A stretch of 64,000 nt of DNA, taken from contig CP053448.1 in assembly GCA_013285445.1 (NCBI GenBank), positions 2,523,530 through 2,587,529 of the forward strand, given 5' to 3'. A model generated the notes under the pieces. The model was not told where the DNA came from, made no database searches, and worked only from the letters and a program-made list of their open reading frames with translations. This stretch comes from Pseudomonadota bacterium (GTDB taxonomy: Bacteria; Pseudomonadota; Gammaproteobacteria; Xanthomonadales; Wenzhouxiangellaceae). The number at the start of each line of letters is the position of its first letter. The first letter of the stretch is position 1. Positions 32,263-42,668 of the stretch are shown piece by piece. Both the position numbers and the translations under genes were made by a program.

Positions 32263-33431
32263 GGTTGAGCCGCCGCATTCAGAAAGCCATTGATGACCGC
32301 CCGGTAGAGTCCGGGCAGGCGACGCAGATCGTCCAGGGCGATGTGCTCGTCGACCTGGTGAATGCTGCGATTGACCGGCCCGAGTTCGACCACCGGGATT
32401 CCGAGCGAGCCCAGAAAGCGTCCATCGGAGGTGCCGCCACCGGTGTCCGCTGCCGGGGCGTGGCCCAACACACTGCGGCAGGCCGCTTGCACCACGCCGG
32501 GCAGCAGCCCGGTTGCAGGCCCGAAGGGCTCACCGGAAATGCGCCAGTCCAGCTCGTACGGCCCCGGATCAAGGTCACCGATCAACCTGCGCAGGCGCTG
32601 TTCAAGCTCATCCGCACCGGTATTGGGGTTGTTGCGCAGGTTGAACATGACGATCAGCTCACCGGGCGTGACGTTGTCGGCGCCGGTCCCGGCCTGCAGG
32701 TTGGAAACCTGCAGCCGAGTCGGCGGAAAATGCTCGTCGCCGTCGTCGAATTCGAGCCGCGCGAGCGCGGCCAGCAGGGGGGCGGCGCGATGCACGGGAT
32801 TGTCCTGCGGCGCTGCGTAGGCGGTGTGGCCCTGCCTGCCGAATACCTTCAGGCTGGCCTGGATGGATCCGCGTCGCCCGATCCGAATCACGTCTCCGAG
32901 TCGATCGCGTCCGGAAGGCTCGCCGACCAGGCAGGCATCCGGCAGCAGCTGGTGCCGCTCCAGCCAGGGGACAACGGCGCGCACACCGTGACGAGCGGAG
33001 CCTTCTTCATCAGAGGTCAGAAGCAGGGAGATCGTCCCGGGATGGTCGGGACAAGCGGCAAGCCACTGCTCCAGTGCCACGACGAATGCCGCCACGGACG
33101 ACTTCATGTCCGCCGCACCGCGCCCGTAGAGCTTGCCATCGCGAAGAGTGGGTGCGAACGGCGGTGAGGACCAGTCGGCCTCCGGACCCGGCGGAACCAC
33201 ATCGGTATGCCCAAGCAGCATCAGGTGTGGTGATCCCTGGCCGTGCCGGGCGAATAGATTGCACACATCCTCGACGTCGAGCGATTCCACCGTCATGCCG
33301 GCCGCCTTGAGCCGGCGTGCAATCAGATCCTGACAGCCGGCATCATCAGGCGTGACCGAGCGACGCGCGATCAGCGCGCCACTCAGCTCAACAACGGTAT
33401 CGCTTTCGGTTTGGCCGGGTACTGTTGCCAT
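32247..33431 (-). CDS. dapE: succinyl-diaminopimelate desuccinylase (M20 peptidase)
   Basis: From the ATG at 33431: LIARRSVTPDDAGCQDLIARRL, LLGHTDVVPPG, YGRGAADMKSS, TSDEEG, GGTSDGRF. Its 3' end overlaps the ftsB start by 16 nt. Confidence 0.85.
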   Translation of the reverse strand: MATVPGQTESDTVVELSGALIARRSVTPDDAGCQDLIARRLKAAGMTVESLDVEDVCNLFARHGQGSPHLMLLGHTDVVPPGPEADWSSPPFAPTLRDGKLYGRGAADMKSSVAAFVVALEQWLAACPDHPGTISLLLTSDEEGSARHGVRAVVPWLERHQLLPDACLVGEPSGRDRLGDVIRIGRRGSIQASLKVFGRQGHTAYAAPQDNPVHRAAPLLAALARLEFDDGDEHFPPTRLQVSNLQAGTGADNVTPGELIVMFNLRNNPNTGADELEQRLRRLIGDLDPGPYELDWRISGEPFGPATGLLPGVVQAACRSVLGHAPAADTGGGTSDGRFLGSLGIPVVELGPVNRSIHQVDEHIALDDLRRLPGLYRAVINGFLNAAAQPCASS

Positions 33432-33541
33432 GCGGTGAAGCTTACCGCATCGGCCGGAAGCCGGTGAGCCTGCCTGCCGGCGTCCGATGGCAGTCCGAAT
33501 CGTCGATAATACGAGCTGATCCGGCCAAGGCATCTGCCACC

Positions 33542-34282
33542 ATGTTTCGGAAATGGCGCCAACGGTTCTGGCAACGCCGGGTCGATGCGGCCATGCCGTC
33601 GCGACCGGCAGTTTTGGCCATTACGCGGCGATTTCCGTCCCTGGCCGGGATTCAGCTCGATGCCCTGCGCCAGCGTGCCGCCGAAATACTCGCCTGCAAG
33701 GCATTCATCGGCGCCGGCGACTTCCAGCCCAGCGACGATGATCGCCTGGTCGTGGCGCTGCTCGCTGCCCGACCGATTCTGAAGCTGGGGATCAGCGCCT
33801 ATGCCGACTTTCACACCTTCATCCTGTATCCCGGCGCGTTCATCGCTGAAACGGAATACGAGGACGAGACCGGTGTCATCAGTCATGGCCGCGACCTGCG
33901 GGCTGGCGAGGCATGGGCAGGAGGCCCGGTCGTGCTGTCGTTGTCAGACGTCAGGGACTCCGCCCAGGGCGATGGCTTCGATGTGGTCGTGCATGAGCTG
34001 GCGCACCAGATTGACCAGTTGAGCGGCGACATGGATGGCTGTCCGCCGCTGCACCGGGGGATGGATCCGGACGACTGGACGCGGACGTTCTCGGAAGCCT
34101 TCGAGCGACTCAGTCGATTACTTGACGCGGGCCAGGCGCCCGCCATTGATCCCTACGCCGCCGAATCGCCGGCAGAATATTTTGCCGTTAGCAGCGAATA
34201 TGTCTTCGATGCGCCGGACCGGCTCAGGCAACACGAACCGGAGGTGTTTCGACTGCTCCAGACCTTCTACGCCGGCGGTTGA
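33542..34282 (+). CDS. mtfA: MtfA-like zinc peptidase (M90 family, DUF980)
   Basis: ATG at 33542 (MFRKWRQRFW...). It has the zinc motif VVVHELAHQID and C-terminal YAAESPAEYFAVSSEYVFDAP. Confidence 0.75.
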   Translation: MFRKWRQRFWQRRVDAAMPSRPAVLAITRRFPSLAGIQLDALRQRAAEILACKAFIGAGDFQPSDDDRLVVALLAARPILKLGISAYADFHTFILYPGAFIAETEYEDETGVISHGRDLRAGEAWAGGPVVLSLSDVRDSAQGDGFDVVVHELAHQIDQLSGDMDGCPPLHRGMDPDDWTRTFSEAFERLSRLLDAGQAPAIDPYAAESPAEYFAVSSEYVFDAPDRLRQHEPEVFRLLQTFYAGG

Positions 34283-34373
34283 ACCCGCTGATTGACGACC
34301 CTGTCTACTGCGGAACTGCCAGCCCCCGCATCCGCTGCGTTTCGCCGGCGCAGAATGCAATCGCCGATTCTCC

Positions 34374-34742
34374 TTACGAACCGCCCGGGCCCCACAGCAT
34401 GCGATCCAGCGCCCGCTCCGGGCTGAAGCGATCGAGGTCGATCTCCCCGCCATCGAACTCCACACCCTCGTTTTCCAGACGCCGGCGCTGCTCGGCCGCC
34501 TTGCGGCTGTCTGGAGGAAAACTGATCCTGCCCTGAGCATTGACGACACGGTGCCAGGGCAGCGCCATTGCCTTCGGCGCGCGCCCCAGAGCCCGGCCAA
34601 CCAGGCGCGCCCTGCCAGGCAGCCCCGCCATCCGGGCAACAGCACCGTAATTGAGCACGCAACCTCTCGGAATACCTGCAACGGCCTCCCAGATGCGTCG
34701 GTAGCGATCGTCGCTGACGTCCGGCTCAGTGCTCTTGCTCAT
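34374..34742 (-). CDS. alkyltransferase-like (ATL) protein, MGMT DNA-binding fold without the active-site cysteine
   Basis: VLNYGAVARMAGLPGRARLVGRAL......LPWHRVVNAQGRIS: the PCHRV cysteine is replaced by Trp, as in ATL/YbaZ-type proteins. Confidence 0.75.
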   Translation of the reverse strand: MSKSTEPDVSDDRYRRIWEAVAGIPRGCVLNYGAVARMAGLPGRARLVGRALGRAPKAMALPWHRVVNAQGRISFPPDSRKAAEQRRRLENEGVEFDGGEIDLDRFSPERALDRMLWGPGGS

Positions 34743-35478
34743 CCGATCGCTCTCGTGCCACGCCCAGCGTGTGTGAGACGATGCCGTTGAGGATATTCAG
34801 TTCGTTTTCATCGGGTCTGGCGCGCAGGAAAAGCCGGCGCAAGCGCTGCATCAGGCGCTTGGGCTGGCGCGGATTCAGGAAGCGAATGGCCAGCAGCGAC
34901 TCCTCCAGGCGCCGAAAGAAAAACTCCAGACGCTCGGGCTCGACCGGGTCCCAGTCGGACGGCGGAACCTCACCAGGCCCGCCGCCGATCATGGCCAGGT
35001 GGACCTCATAGGCCAGGATCTGCACCGCCTGGGCGAGATTGAGCGAACCGTAGTGCTCGCTGGTGGGGATGCTGACGAGTGAATGGCAATGCCTGATTTC
35101 GTCGATGTGCAGGCCGGTTTTTTCGCGTCCGAACACCAGGGCAACCTCGTGATGCCCGGCCTCGGCGACCGCCCTGGCTGCCGCGGTGCGCGGATCGATC
35201 GCCGGCTGCGGCAGTGACCATGGCTTGCCCGACGCGCCCAGCACCAGCGGACAGCCAGCAATCGCCTGCATGAAGTCGTCGACGACCACCGCACGGGCCA
35301 GGATGTCGTCGGCGTGGGAGGCCCGGGCCGTTGCCTCTCCCGAGGGAAAACGTGACGGCGAGACCAGCCAGAGCCGCTCGAGTCCCATCACCTTCATGGC
35401 CCGCGCCGTCGCGCCGATGTTGCCGGGATGGGTCGTGCCGACCAGCACGATCCGGATATGGTTTGCCGCATGGATCAT
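34726..35478 (-). CDS. trmJ: tRNA (cytidine/uridine-2'-O)-methyltransferase (SpoU/TrmH class)
   Basis: IRIVLVGTTHPGNIGATARAMKVMGL..L.LV, ALVFGREKTGL, SIPTSEHYGSLNLAQAV. It is divergent from suhB, as in enterobacteria. Confidence 0.8.
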   Translation of the reverse strand: MIHAANHIRIVLVGTTHPGNIGATARAMKVMGLERLWLVSPSRFPSGEATARASHADDILARAVVVDDFMQAIAGCPLVLGASGKPWSLPQPAIDPRTAAARAVAEAGHHEVALVFGREKTGLHIDEIRHCHSLVSIPTSEHYGSLNLAQAVQILAYEVHLAMIGGGPGEVPPSDWDPVEPERLEFFFRRLEESLLAIRFLNPRQPKRLMQRLRRLFLRARPDENELNILNGIVSHTLGVARERSDEQEH

Positions 35479-35710
35479 GAGACAGATTCTACCGCCACCG
35501 GCGCAGTCACCAGGCGCTCGAGCGCTTCGATCTCGGAGGAATCACGACAACAGGACCGCAGGCTCGCGCATCGCGCGCGACCGCTGTCGGGCACATGCGG
35601 CCGCCTGGCGGCCGGACCGGCGCACGCATCGGCATGACTGCGCTCGATGACAGGCACCGTTCAACAGAATCCTATATCCTTACGGGTTTGGCACCGAGCC
35701 GGCTCCAGCG

Positions 35711-36529
35711 ATGACCAATCCGCACGTCAATATTGCCGTCGAGGCCGCGCGCCAGGCGGGCCAGCTGGCGACCAAGTACCGCTCCCGCCTGGAGAGCATA
35801 CCGGTCGAACGCAAGGCGCGGCACGATTACGTCTGCGAGGTCGACCGCGCCTGCGAGCAGGTCATTCGCGACTACATTTTCAGGCACCACCGTGACCACG
35901 CCATTCTTGGCGAGGAAGGCGGGCAGAGCGGCCAGAGCGATCACGTGTGGATCGTCGACCCGATTGACGGCACAAGCAACTACCTGCGCGGTATCCCGCA
36001 TTTCGCCATTTCCATCGCCCTGCAGATCCGGGGGCGCATCGAGGCGGGGGTGGTCTACGATCCGTTGCGTGAAGAAATGTTCACCGCCAGCCGCGGCCAG
36101 GGCGCCTTTCTCAACAGCCAGCGCGTGCGTGTCTCCGGACGCAAGGAGCTGTCGAGCGCCGTCGTCGCCACCGCTTTCCCGTTTCGCAAACGCCGTCTGC
36201 TGGCGGCCTACCAGGGCATGTTCGGCGCCATTTTCGACAAGGTTGAAGACATCCGCCGCGCCGGCACGGCATCACTGGATCTCGCCTACGTGGCCTGCGG
36301 TCGCTTGGATGCCTACTGGGAACTGGGTCTCAAGCCCTGGGATCTGGCCGCCGGCGCCCTGCTTGTCCAGGAAGCAGGCGGTGTTGTGATGGACATCGCA
36401 GGCGGCGATCGCTGGCTGGAGTCCGGACATATCCTCGCAGCGCCGTTCAAGCTGGTCACAGCGATGCGCCAGTGTATCGAACCACACCTCAGCGATGCAC
36501 TGAGAGCACGCGTCGACAAAAAGCAATGA
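35711..36529 (+). CDS. suhB: inositol monophosphatase family protein SuhB
   Basis: Motifs AILGEEGG, WIVDPIDGTSNY and WDLAAGALLVQEAGG. Confidence 0.85.
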   Translation: MTNPHVNIAVEAARQAGQLATKYRSRLESIPVERKARHDYVCEVDRACEQVIRDYIFRHHRDHAILGEEGGQSGQSDHVWIVDPIDGTSNYLRGIPHFAISIALQIRGRIEAGVVYDPLREEMFTASRGQGAFLNSQRVRVSGRKELSSAVVATAFPFRKRRLLAAYQGMFGAIFDKVEDIRRAGTASLDLAYVACGRLDAYWELGLKPWDLAAGALLVQEAGGVVMDIAGGDRWLESGHILAAPFKLVTAMRQCIEPHLSDALRARVDKKQ

Positions 36530-36536
36530 CGGCCCG

Positions 36537-36705
36537 CTAGCCCGCGTTATTCATGAATCGCCGCGGTGATTGCGCAGGGGTTTGTTCGCACAGCGGATTT
36601 TCCGACCGAGCGGAATACCAGGCTGTATTTCCGAGGGAGAAAAATCCGCTGTGCGGACAAGGCGCAAGCAAGGGCGCGAGTGAATTCATGAATAATGCGG
36701 GCTAG
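36537..36705. repeat. 169-bp imperfect palindrome (MITE-like element / long stem-loop) between suhB and truB
   Basis: Terminal arms CTAGCCCGCGTTATTCATGAAT / ATTCATGAATAATGCGGGCTAG match at 21 of 22 positions. The inner arms CGCACAGCGGATTTT / AAAATCCGCTGTGCG are perfect. The centre is near 36621. Confidence 0.75.
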
Positions 36706-36711
36706 AGCCCG

Positions 36712-37620
36712 TTACTGCCGACCGGGGCCCCCGGGGCCAAGGGGTATCGGAAACAGTCGCACTGGCCGCAGATGCCCGGCTCCGTCCAGCTCTCCGATGC
36801 CAAGAAACTGACCCGCAGCATAGAGGCGCACGAGCCCTTTCTGCGCTGTATCCAGATCGCTGAGTTTCTGTCCCTGTAGCACTCGCCGGGCAGGCTCGAC
36901 AGAAAGTTCGATCGCGGGCAGATGTGGCAGGGCGCGATCGGCGGGCAGCACTCGCGCCTGAACCGCCTCGGCCGGCATCCGGTCGAGCGCCTCAAGCGAC
37001 ACGGCATCCGCCACATGGAACGGCTCACTGGCCACACGCCGCAGGGCACTCAGATGCGCCCCGCAGCCGAGCACCTCGCCGATATCCCGCGCCAGCGCCC
37101 GAATGTAGGTGCCCTTGGAGCAGCGAACATGGAGCGAAAGGACCGGCGGCTGGAAATCGGTCAACTCGATTTCATGAATCACGACGCGCCGCGCCGGGCG
37201 CTCAACCTGCTGGCCGGCACGCGCCAGTTCGTAGAGCCGGCGCCCCTGATGCTTCAAGGCCGAATGCATTGGCGGAACCTGCTCGATCCTGCCACTAAAC
37301 TGCGCCAGTTCGGCTTCGACCGCGGCGCGGTCAAGCGCCGGGACCTCATGCCGCCCGATGATCTCTCCTTCGGCGTCCTCACTGTCGGTGACCAGCCCCA
37401 GATGCACGCTGGCCTGGTAGGTCTTGTCGGCATCGAGCAGGTAGGCCGCTACCCGGGTCGCCTGCCCGAGGCAGGCAACCAGCAGTCCGGAGGCCATCGG
37501 ATCCAGCGTTCCGGTGTGACCGGCCTTGCGAAGGCTCAGTTTCCGCTTCAGGCGGCTCAGAGCTGCGTTTGATGTGATACCGACCGGCTTGTCAAGCAAG
37601 ACAATTCCGTCAGTTGTCAT
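36712..37620 (-). CDS. truB: tRNA pseudouridine(55) synthase
   Basis: DGIVLLDKPVGITSN, the catalytic-Asp motif GHTGTLDPMASGLL, and a PUA-like C-terminus. Confidence 0.9.
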   Translation of the reverse strand: MTTDGIVLLDKPVGITSNAALSRLKRKLSLRKAGHTGTLDPMASGLLVACLGQATRVAAYLLDADKTYQASVHLGLVTDSEDAEGEIIGRHEVPALDRAAVEAELAQFSGRIEQVPPMHSALKHQGRRLYELARAGQQVERPARRVVIHEIELTDFQPPVLSLHVRCSKGTYIRALARDIGEVLGCGAHLSALRRVASEPFHVADAVSLEALDRMPAEAVQARVLPADRALPHLPAIELSVEPARRVLQGQKLSDLDTAQKGLVRLYAAGQFLGIGELDGAGHLRPVRLFPIPLGPGGPGRQ

Positions 37621-37677
37621 CGATTTTCGTCATCCGGCCTATCACCATACACTTGCCGCTGACCCTGGACGGCAATC

Positions 37678-37702
37678 AAAAAGCCCGGCACTGGGCCGGG
37701 CT
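37678..37702 (-). terminator. rho-independent terminator after rplQ (end of the alpha operon)
   Basis: Minus strand: AGCCCGGC-ccagt-GCCGGGCT followed by TTTT, about 38 nt after the rplQ stop. Confidence 0.7.
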
Positions 37703-37739
37703 TGCTGAACCTCCGGTTCATGGCGTCGCATTCCGGAAA

Positions 37740-38126
37740 TCAGTCGTTAAGCTCACTGCCCGGCGCATCCGGACGGTCGACCAGCTCCACCCAGGCCATG
37801 GGGGCATTGTCGCCGCTGCGGAACCCGCACTTGAGAATGCGCAAGTAGCCGCCAGGTCGCTCCCGATAGCGCGGACCGATCTCGGTGAACAGCTTGCCGA
37901 CCGCACGCTTGTCGCGCAGCCGATCGAACGCCAGCCGGCGGGCGGCAACACTGTCGTCCTTGGCCAGGGTAATCAGTGGTTCGGCCACGCGCCTGAGTTC
38001 CTTGGCCTTGGGCAGCGTGGTCTTGATCATTTCGTGCTCGAACAGGCTGGCAGCCAGATTCCGGAACATGGCGCGACGGTGAGCCGATGTCCGATTGAGT
38101 TTTCGGCCTGCTTTACGATGACGCAT
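37740..38126 (-). CDS. rplQ: 50S ribosomal protein L17
   Basis: [25 protein letters not shown]... from the ATG at 38126. The listed longer ORF runs into the rpoA stop region. Confidence 0.95.
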   Translation of the reverse strand: MRHRKAGRKLNRTSAHRRAMFRNLAASLFEHEMIKTTLPKAKELRRVAEPLITLAKDDSVAARRLAFDRLRDKRAVGKLFTEIGPRYRERPGGYLRILKCGFRSGDNAPMAWVELVDRPDAPGSELND

Positions 38127-38136
38127 GGTGTTCTCC

Positions 38137-39141
38137 TTAGGTTTCGCTGCGCGCCAGCGAGGGCGGCGGCCAGTTTTCAAGCCGGGTCCCCAGCGACAGG
38201 TCATGGGTGGCCAGCACCGTCTTGATTTCCGTCAGCGACTTTTTGCCGAGGTTGGGCGTCTTGAGCAGTTCGGTCTCGGTGCGCTGGACCAGGTCGCCAA
38301 CGTACTGAATATGCTCGGCCTTCAGGCAATTGGCCGATCGGACAGTCAACTCCAGATCGTCAATCGGACGCAGAAGAATCGGATCGAATGTCTCGCTCGC
38401 CGATTCCGTCTCGTCCTTTTCACGCGCCACGAAATCGACGAATACCGACATCTGGTCCACCAGGATTCCGGCGGCCAGCTTGACCGCATCCTCGCAGCTC
38501 ATGGTGCCGTTGGTTTCGATATCAAGCACCAGCTTGTCGAGGTCGGTGCGCTGGGCCACGCGTGCGCTTTCCACACTGTAGGCGACTCGATGCACCGGGC
38601 AATACGAAGCATCGAGCTGGAGGCGGCCGATGGTCCGCGTCTCTTCCTCGTTGAACTTGAGCGCAGCGGCTGGCTGATAACCGACGCCGCGGGTCACCTT
38701 GAGCTGCATGCGCAGCTTGCTGTCCTTGGTCAGGTTGCAGATGACATGCTCGGGGTTGACGATATCGATATCATGGTCGAGCTGTATGTCACCGGCTTTC
38801 ACCGGCCCGGCCTTGTCCTTGCTCAGCGTGACGACCGCCTCGTCGCGGTGATGCATGCGAATCGCGATATCCTTGAGGTTGAGCAGCACCTCGACGATGT
38901 CCTCCTGAAGACCTTCCACTGCGGTGTACTCATGCAGCACGCCGTCGATTTCCGCCTCACTGATGGCGCTGCCGGGAATCGATGACAGCAGGATACGACG
39001 CAGGGCATTGCCCAGCGTATGCCCGAAGCCGCGCTCCAGCGGTTCCAGCGTGATGCGGGCACGCCGCGGCGAAAGCTCGTCGACGACGAGTCCCTTCGGC
39101 TTGAGCATCGTGCCGATTAGTTCGCTGATCTGGCCTGACAT
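38137..39141 (-). CDS. rpoA: DNA-directed RNA polymerase subunit alpha
   Basis: [25 protein letters not shown] and the C-terminal domain [14 protein letters not shown]. Confidence 0.97.
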   Translation of the reverse strand: MSGQISELIGTMLKPKGLVVDELSPRRARITLEPLERGFGHTLGNALRRILLSSIPGSAISEAEIDGVLHEYTAVEGLQEDIVEVLLNLKDIAIRMHHRDEAVVTLSKDKAGPVKAGDIQLDHDIDIVNPEHVICNLTKDSKLRMQLKVTRGVGYQPAAALKFNEEETRTIGRLQLDASYCPVHRVAYSVESARVAQRTDLDKLVLDIETNGTMSCEDAVKLAAGILVDQMSVFVDFVAREKDETESASETFDPILLRPIDDLELTVRSANCLKAEHIQYVGDLVQRTETELLKTPNLGKKSLTEIKTVLATHDLSLGTRLENWPPPSLARSET

Positions 39142-39195
39142 GTAAATACTTCTCCGAATGCTTAATCAGTCTTCGTTGCCGCAAACCTGCGGCAA

Positions 39196-39822
39196 TTACT
39201 TCGAGTACAGCTCGACAATCAGGTTTTCGTTGATGTCGGGCGGCAAGTCGTCCCGCTCCGGCGCTGTCTTGAAAACCCCTTCCATCTTGTCGAAGTCCAC
39301 GTCGATCCACATCGGCACGAGATCGAGCTCCCGCGACACGTTGATAGCCTCCTGGATCCGGAGCTGCTTGCGTGCCTTTTCGCGGACGCCGACACGATCC
39401 TCGGCCTGAACCTGATAGGACGGTATGTTCACGACCTGGCCATTGACTTCGATCGCCCGATGGCTGACAAGCTGCCGCGCCTGTGCGCGAGTGACTGCAA
39501 GCCCCATGCGGTAGACAACATTGTCCAGCCGGCTCTCCAGAAGCTGCAGCAGATTCTCGCCAGTGGCACCTCTGCGGCGCGCCGCCTCCTTGTAGTAATT
39601 ACGAAACTGCCGCTCGAGGACGCCATACATACGGCGCACTTTCTGCTTTTCCCGCAGCTGAAGCGCATAGTCCGACAGCCGCTGCCTGCGACTGTCACCA
39701 TGCTGGCCCGGGGGCTGGTTGAGCTTGCACTTCGACTCCAGGCCGCGCGCGGGGCTCTTCAGGCCCAGATCGACACCTTCGCGCCGGGCAAGTTTGCAAG
39801 TGGGTCCGATATATCTAGCCAT
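39196..39822 (-). CDS. rpsD: 30S ribosomal protein S4
   Basis: [19 protein letters not shown]...; alpha-operon order. Confidence 0.97.
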   Translation of the reverse strand: MARYIGPTCKLARREGVDLGLKSPARGLESKCKLNQPPGQHGDSRRQRLSDYALQLREKQKVRRMYGVLERQFRNYYKEAARRRGATGENLLQLLESRLDNVVYRMGLAVTRAQARQLVSHRAIEVNGQVVNIPSYQVQAEDRVGVREKARKQLRIQEAINVSRELDLVPMWIDVDFDKMEGVFKTAPERDDLPPDINENLIVELYSK

Positions 39823-39848
39823 AGCTTCTCAGTCTGCCTGCCGGTGGA

Positions 39849-40241
39849 TTACACGCGACGTTTCTTGGGTGGACGACAGCCGTTGTGCGGAATCGGCGTG
39901 ACGTCGATGATATTGGTGATCTTGAAGCCGACGGCATTGAGTGAGCGTACCGACGACTCCCGACCCGGTCCCGGGCCGTTGACCCGGACCTCGAGATTCT
40001 TCATTCCGTATTCCTGCGCGGCGCGACCGGCACTGTCGGCCGCCACCTGTGCCGCAAACGGGGTCGACTTGCGGGAACCACGAAACCCGGACCCGCCTGA
40101 GGTGGCCCATGACACCGTGTTGCCCTGGCGATCAGTGATCGTAATGATGGTGTTATTGAATGAGGCATGCACGTGAGCAATACCGTCCACCACGGTCTTC
40201 TTGACCTTCTTCTTGCCTTTGGAAGTCTGTTGCTTCGCCAT
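39849..40241 (-). CDS. rpsK: 30S ribosomal protein S11
   Basis: [22 protein letters not shown]...; alpha-operon order. Confidence 0.97.
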   Translation of the reverse strand: MAKQQTSKGKKKVKKTVVDGIAHVHASFNNTIITITDRQGNTVSWATSGGSGFRGSRKSTPFAAQVAADSAGRAAQEYGMKNLEVRVNGPGPGRESSVRSLNAVGFKITNIIDVTPIPHNGCRPPKKRRV

Positions 40242-40252
40242 GACCGTTTACC

Positions 40253-40606
40253 TCAACGAATCGGACGACGCGGGCCCTTGCGGGTGCGTGCGTTGGTTCG
40301 GGTGCGCTGACCGCGAACGGGAAGACCGCGTCGATGACGCAGACCACGGTAGCAGCCCAGGTCCATCAGGCGCTTGATACTCATCGAGACCTCGCGCCGG
40401 AGGTCCCCTTCGACCGCCATCGCACCAATCGCCTGGCGCAGCTTTTCCTGCTCGGCCTCGGTCAGATCGCGCACCTTGGTCTCCGGCGCCACGCCCGTGG
40501 CCTCACAGATCTCCAGCGCCCGGGTCCGCCCGACGCCATAAATATGAGTCAACGCCACCCAGATATGCTTCTGAACCGGCAGGTTGACGCCTGCAATACG
40601 TGCCAT
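40253..40606 (-). CDS. rpsM: 30S ribosomal protein S13
   Basis: [26 protein letters not shown]... Confidence 0.97.
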   Translation of the reverse strand: MARIAGVNLPVQKHIWVALTHIYGVGRTRALEICEATGVAPETKVRDLTEAEQEKLRQAIGAMAVEGDLRREVSMSIKRLMDLGCYRGLRHRRGLPVRGQRTRTNARTRKGPRRPIR

Positions 40607-40708
40607 ATACTCGCTCCGTCATCGTGTTTGCGCCGAATCAACGCAAACCGGCAATTGTACTGACTTTTAGCTCTACCTACAAGGCCCGGCAGCCGAACGC
40701 TGCCGGAA

Positions 40709-40822
40709 TCAGCCCTGTCGCTGCTTGTGTTTCGGATCACTGCAGATCACGTAGACGATGCCCTTGCGGCGCACGATCTTGCAGTGCCGACAGATCTTCT
40801 TGACCGATGCCTGAACTTTCAT
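40709..40822 (-). CDS. rpmJ: 50S ribosomal protein L36 (zinc-ribbon form)
   Basis: Not in the ORF track (37 aa). Hand translation gives [37 protein letters not shown], followed by TGA at 40709-40711. Confidence 0.9.
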   Translation of the reverse strand: MKVQASVKKICRHCKIVRRKGIVYVICSDPKHKQRQG

Positions 40823-40855
40823 TTCTTCTCTCCGAACGCATTCCGTTGACGGCGC

Positions 40856-42214
40856 CTAGCGACGCACGACACCGCTACTACCGTAGCCCTTGAGGTTGGA
40901 CTTCTTGAGCAGGCTGTCGTACTGGTGCGACATCAGGTGCGCCTGCAGTTGCGCCATGAAGTCCATGGTGACCACGACGATAATCAGCAAAGACGTGCCT
41001 CCGAAATAGAAAGGCACGTTCCAGCGCAAGATCAGAAACTCCGGCAGGAGGCAGACTGCCACCAGGTAGGTCGCCCCGACCAGAGTAATACGCGTGAGCA
41101 CATAATCGATGTACTCGGCGGTCTGACGGCCGGGACGAATACCCGGTATGAACGCACCAGACTTCTTGAGATTGTCGGCCGTTTCCTTCGAGTTGAACAC
41201 GATGGCCGTGTAGAAAAAGGCGAAGAACAACACCAAGCCACCGTACAGGGCGATGTAGATCGGCTGTCCCGGGGTAAGCTGCTGGGCGATGTTCTGCAGC
41301 CAGCCGGCCGATCCGGCCTGACCGAACCAGGTCGAAATCGTCGCCGGAAACAGCACCAGGCTGGAGGCAAAGATGGCTGGAATCACACCGGACATATTGA
41401 CCTTCAGCGGCAGATGCGTCGACTGGTTGCGATAGGCACGCCGACCCTGCCGTTGCGCGTAGTTGACCGTGATTCGGCGCTGCCCGCGCTCGACGAATAC
41501 CACAAAGGCGGTAACGGCAAGCGCCAGAATGAGCAGAAACGTTGCCGTGATGATGGCCAACTGGCCGGTGCGCACCAGTTCCAGCGTCGAGCCGACCGCC
41601 CGCGGAAGCTCGGCGACGATACCGGCAAAAATGAGAATGGAAATCCCGTTGCCAATGCCACGCTCCGTGATCTGCTCACCCAGCCACATCAGAAAAACCG
41701 TTCCGGCCGTAAGAGTAATGACCGCAGAGAGGACGAATCCCGGGCCCGGGGCAATGACGACCGGAAGACCCGCACCGGCGCTCTGGCTCTGCAGCGCAAC
41801 AGCAATTCCGAACGACTGGAACGTCGCCAGTACGACCGTGAAATATCGCGTGTACTGGGTGATCTTTCGCCGGCCGGCCTCACCTTCCTTGCGCAGTTGC
41901 TGAAGCTGCGGGACAGCATGGCTCATCAGCTGCATGATGATGGCCGCGGAGATGTAGGGCATCACCCCGAGCGCGAAGATGGAAAAGCGTCCCAGGGCGC
42001 CGCCGGAAAACATGTTGAACATGTCGACGATGGTGCCACTGGTCATATCCATCAATTCGACCAGCGCAATCGGGTTGATTCCCGGCACCGGAATGAAGGT
42101 ACCAAAGCGGAATACCAGCAGCGCGACCAGCACCACGAACAGGCGCTGACGCAATTCCTTGAGCCGGCCTATACCCCCAAGCATTCCGGCCATGTCCGAC
42201 GGGCTGCGAGACAT
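40856..42214 (-). CDS. secY: preprotein translocase subunit SecY
   Basis: 452 aa, 10-TM protein with [27 protein letters not shown] and [12 protein letters not shown]. Its ATG overlaps the rplO stop (TAATG). Confidence 0.97.
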   Translation of the reverse strand: MSRSPSDMAGMLGGIGRLKELRQRLFVVLVALLVFRFGTFIPVPGINPIALVELMDMTSGTIVDMFNMFSGGALGRFSIFALGVMPYISAAIIMQLMSHAVPQLQQLRKEGEAGRRKITQYTRYFTVVLATFQSFGIAVALQSQSAGAGLPVVIAPGPGFVLSAVITLTAGTVFLMWLGEQITERGIGNGISILIFAGIVAELPRAVGSTLELVRTGQLAIITATFLLILALAVTAFVVFVERGQRRITVNYAQRQGRRAYRNQSTHLPLKVNMSGVIPAIFASSLVLFPATISTWFGQAGSAGWLQNIAQQLTPGQPIYIALYGGLVLFFAFFYTAIVFNSKETADNLKKSGAFIPGIRPGRQTAEYIDYVLTRITLVGATYLVAVCLLPEFLILRWNVPFYFGGTSLLIIVVVTMDFMAQLQAHLMSHQYDSLLKKSNLKGYGSSGVVRR

Positions 42215-42651
42215 TATTCGACCTTGCCCCCGGCCGCCTCGATGGCGCGCACGGCACCTGCGGTCACGTGCAGTCCGCGCACCGTCACCGCGCGACCGAT
42301 TTCACCCTTGCAGACCAGGCGCACGCGCCGCGCCGCGTTGTCTACAATCCCTGCCGCCTTGAGCGATTCCAGGTCGACCACGTCGCTGTCAAGCGCTGTC
42401 AGCTGGTATAGGCGCACTTCCCGGGTAAAGCGGTTAACCGCCGAGCGGAAACCGATTTTGGGCACACGTCTTTGAAGCGGCATCTGCCCGCCCTCGAAGC
42501 CAACCTTGTGGAAGCCTCCGGAACGTGACTTCTGTCCCTTGTGACCACGGCCGCAGGTCTTGCCCAGTCCGGAACCGATACCCCGACCAACGCGCTTGCG
42601 TGTTCGGCGACTGCCGCTGGCCGGTTGAATTGAATTGAGTTTCATGTCCAT
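42214..42651 (-). CDS. rplO: 50S ribosomal protein L15
   Basis: [43 protein letters not shown]. Confidence 0.97.
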   Translation of the reverse strand: MDMKLNSIQPASGSRRTRKRVGRGIGSGLGKTCGRGHKGQKSRSGGFHKVGFEGGQMPLQRRVPKIGFRSAVNRFTREVRLYQLTALDSDVVDLESLKAAGIVDNAARRVRLVCKGEIGRAVTVRGLHVTAGAVRAIEAAGGKVE

Positions 42652-42668
42652 GTTCCTAGCTTGCGGAT

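Noticed and set aside
35479-35710. 232-bp trmJ/suhB divergent region examined for a tRNA, sRNA or small gene
   Set aside because: I could build no cloverleaf and found no convincing promoter/terminator pair. The short ORFs there (60-69 aa) are Arg/Ala-rich and overlap each other. It is most simply a divergent promoter region.
40686-40706. Hairpin CCGGCAGC-cgaac-GCTGCCGG after rpmJ, considered as a terminator
   Set aside because: It has a perfect 8-bp stem, but no U-tract follows on the transcribed (minus) strand. It probably belongs to the alpha-operon leader or is a processing structure, so I did not call it a terminator.
40925-42475. 516-aa ORF on the plus strand
   Set aside because: It is antisense to secY and rplO, with an Arg/Asp/His-rich composition and no membrane or enzyme motifs.
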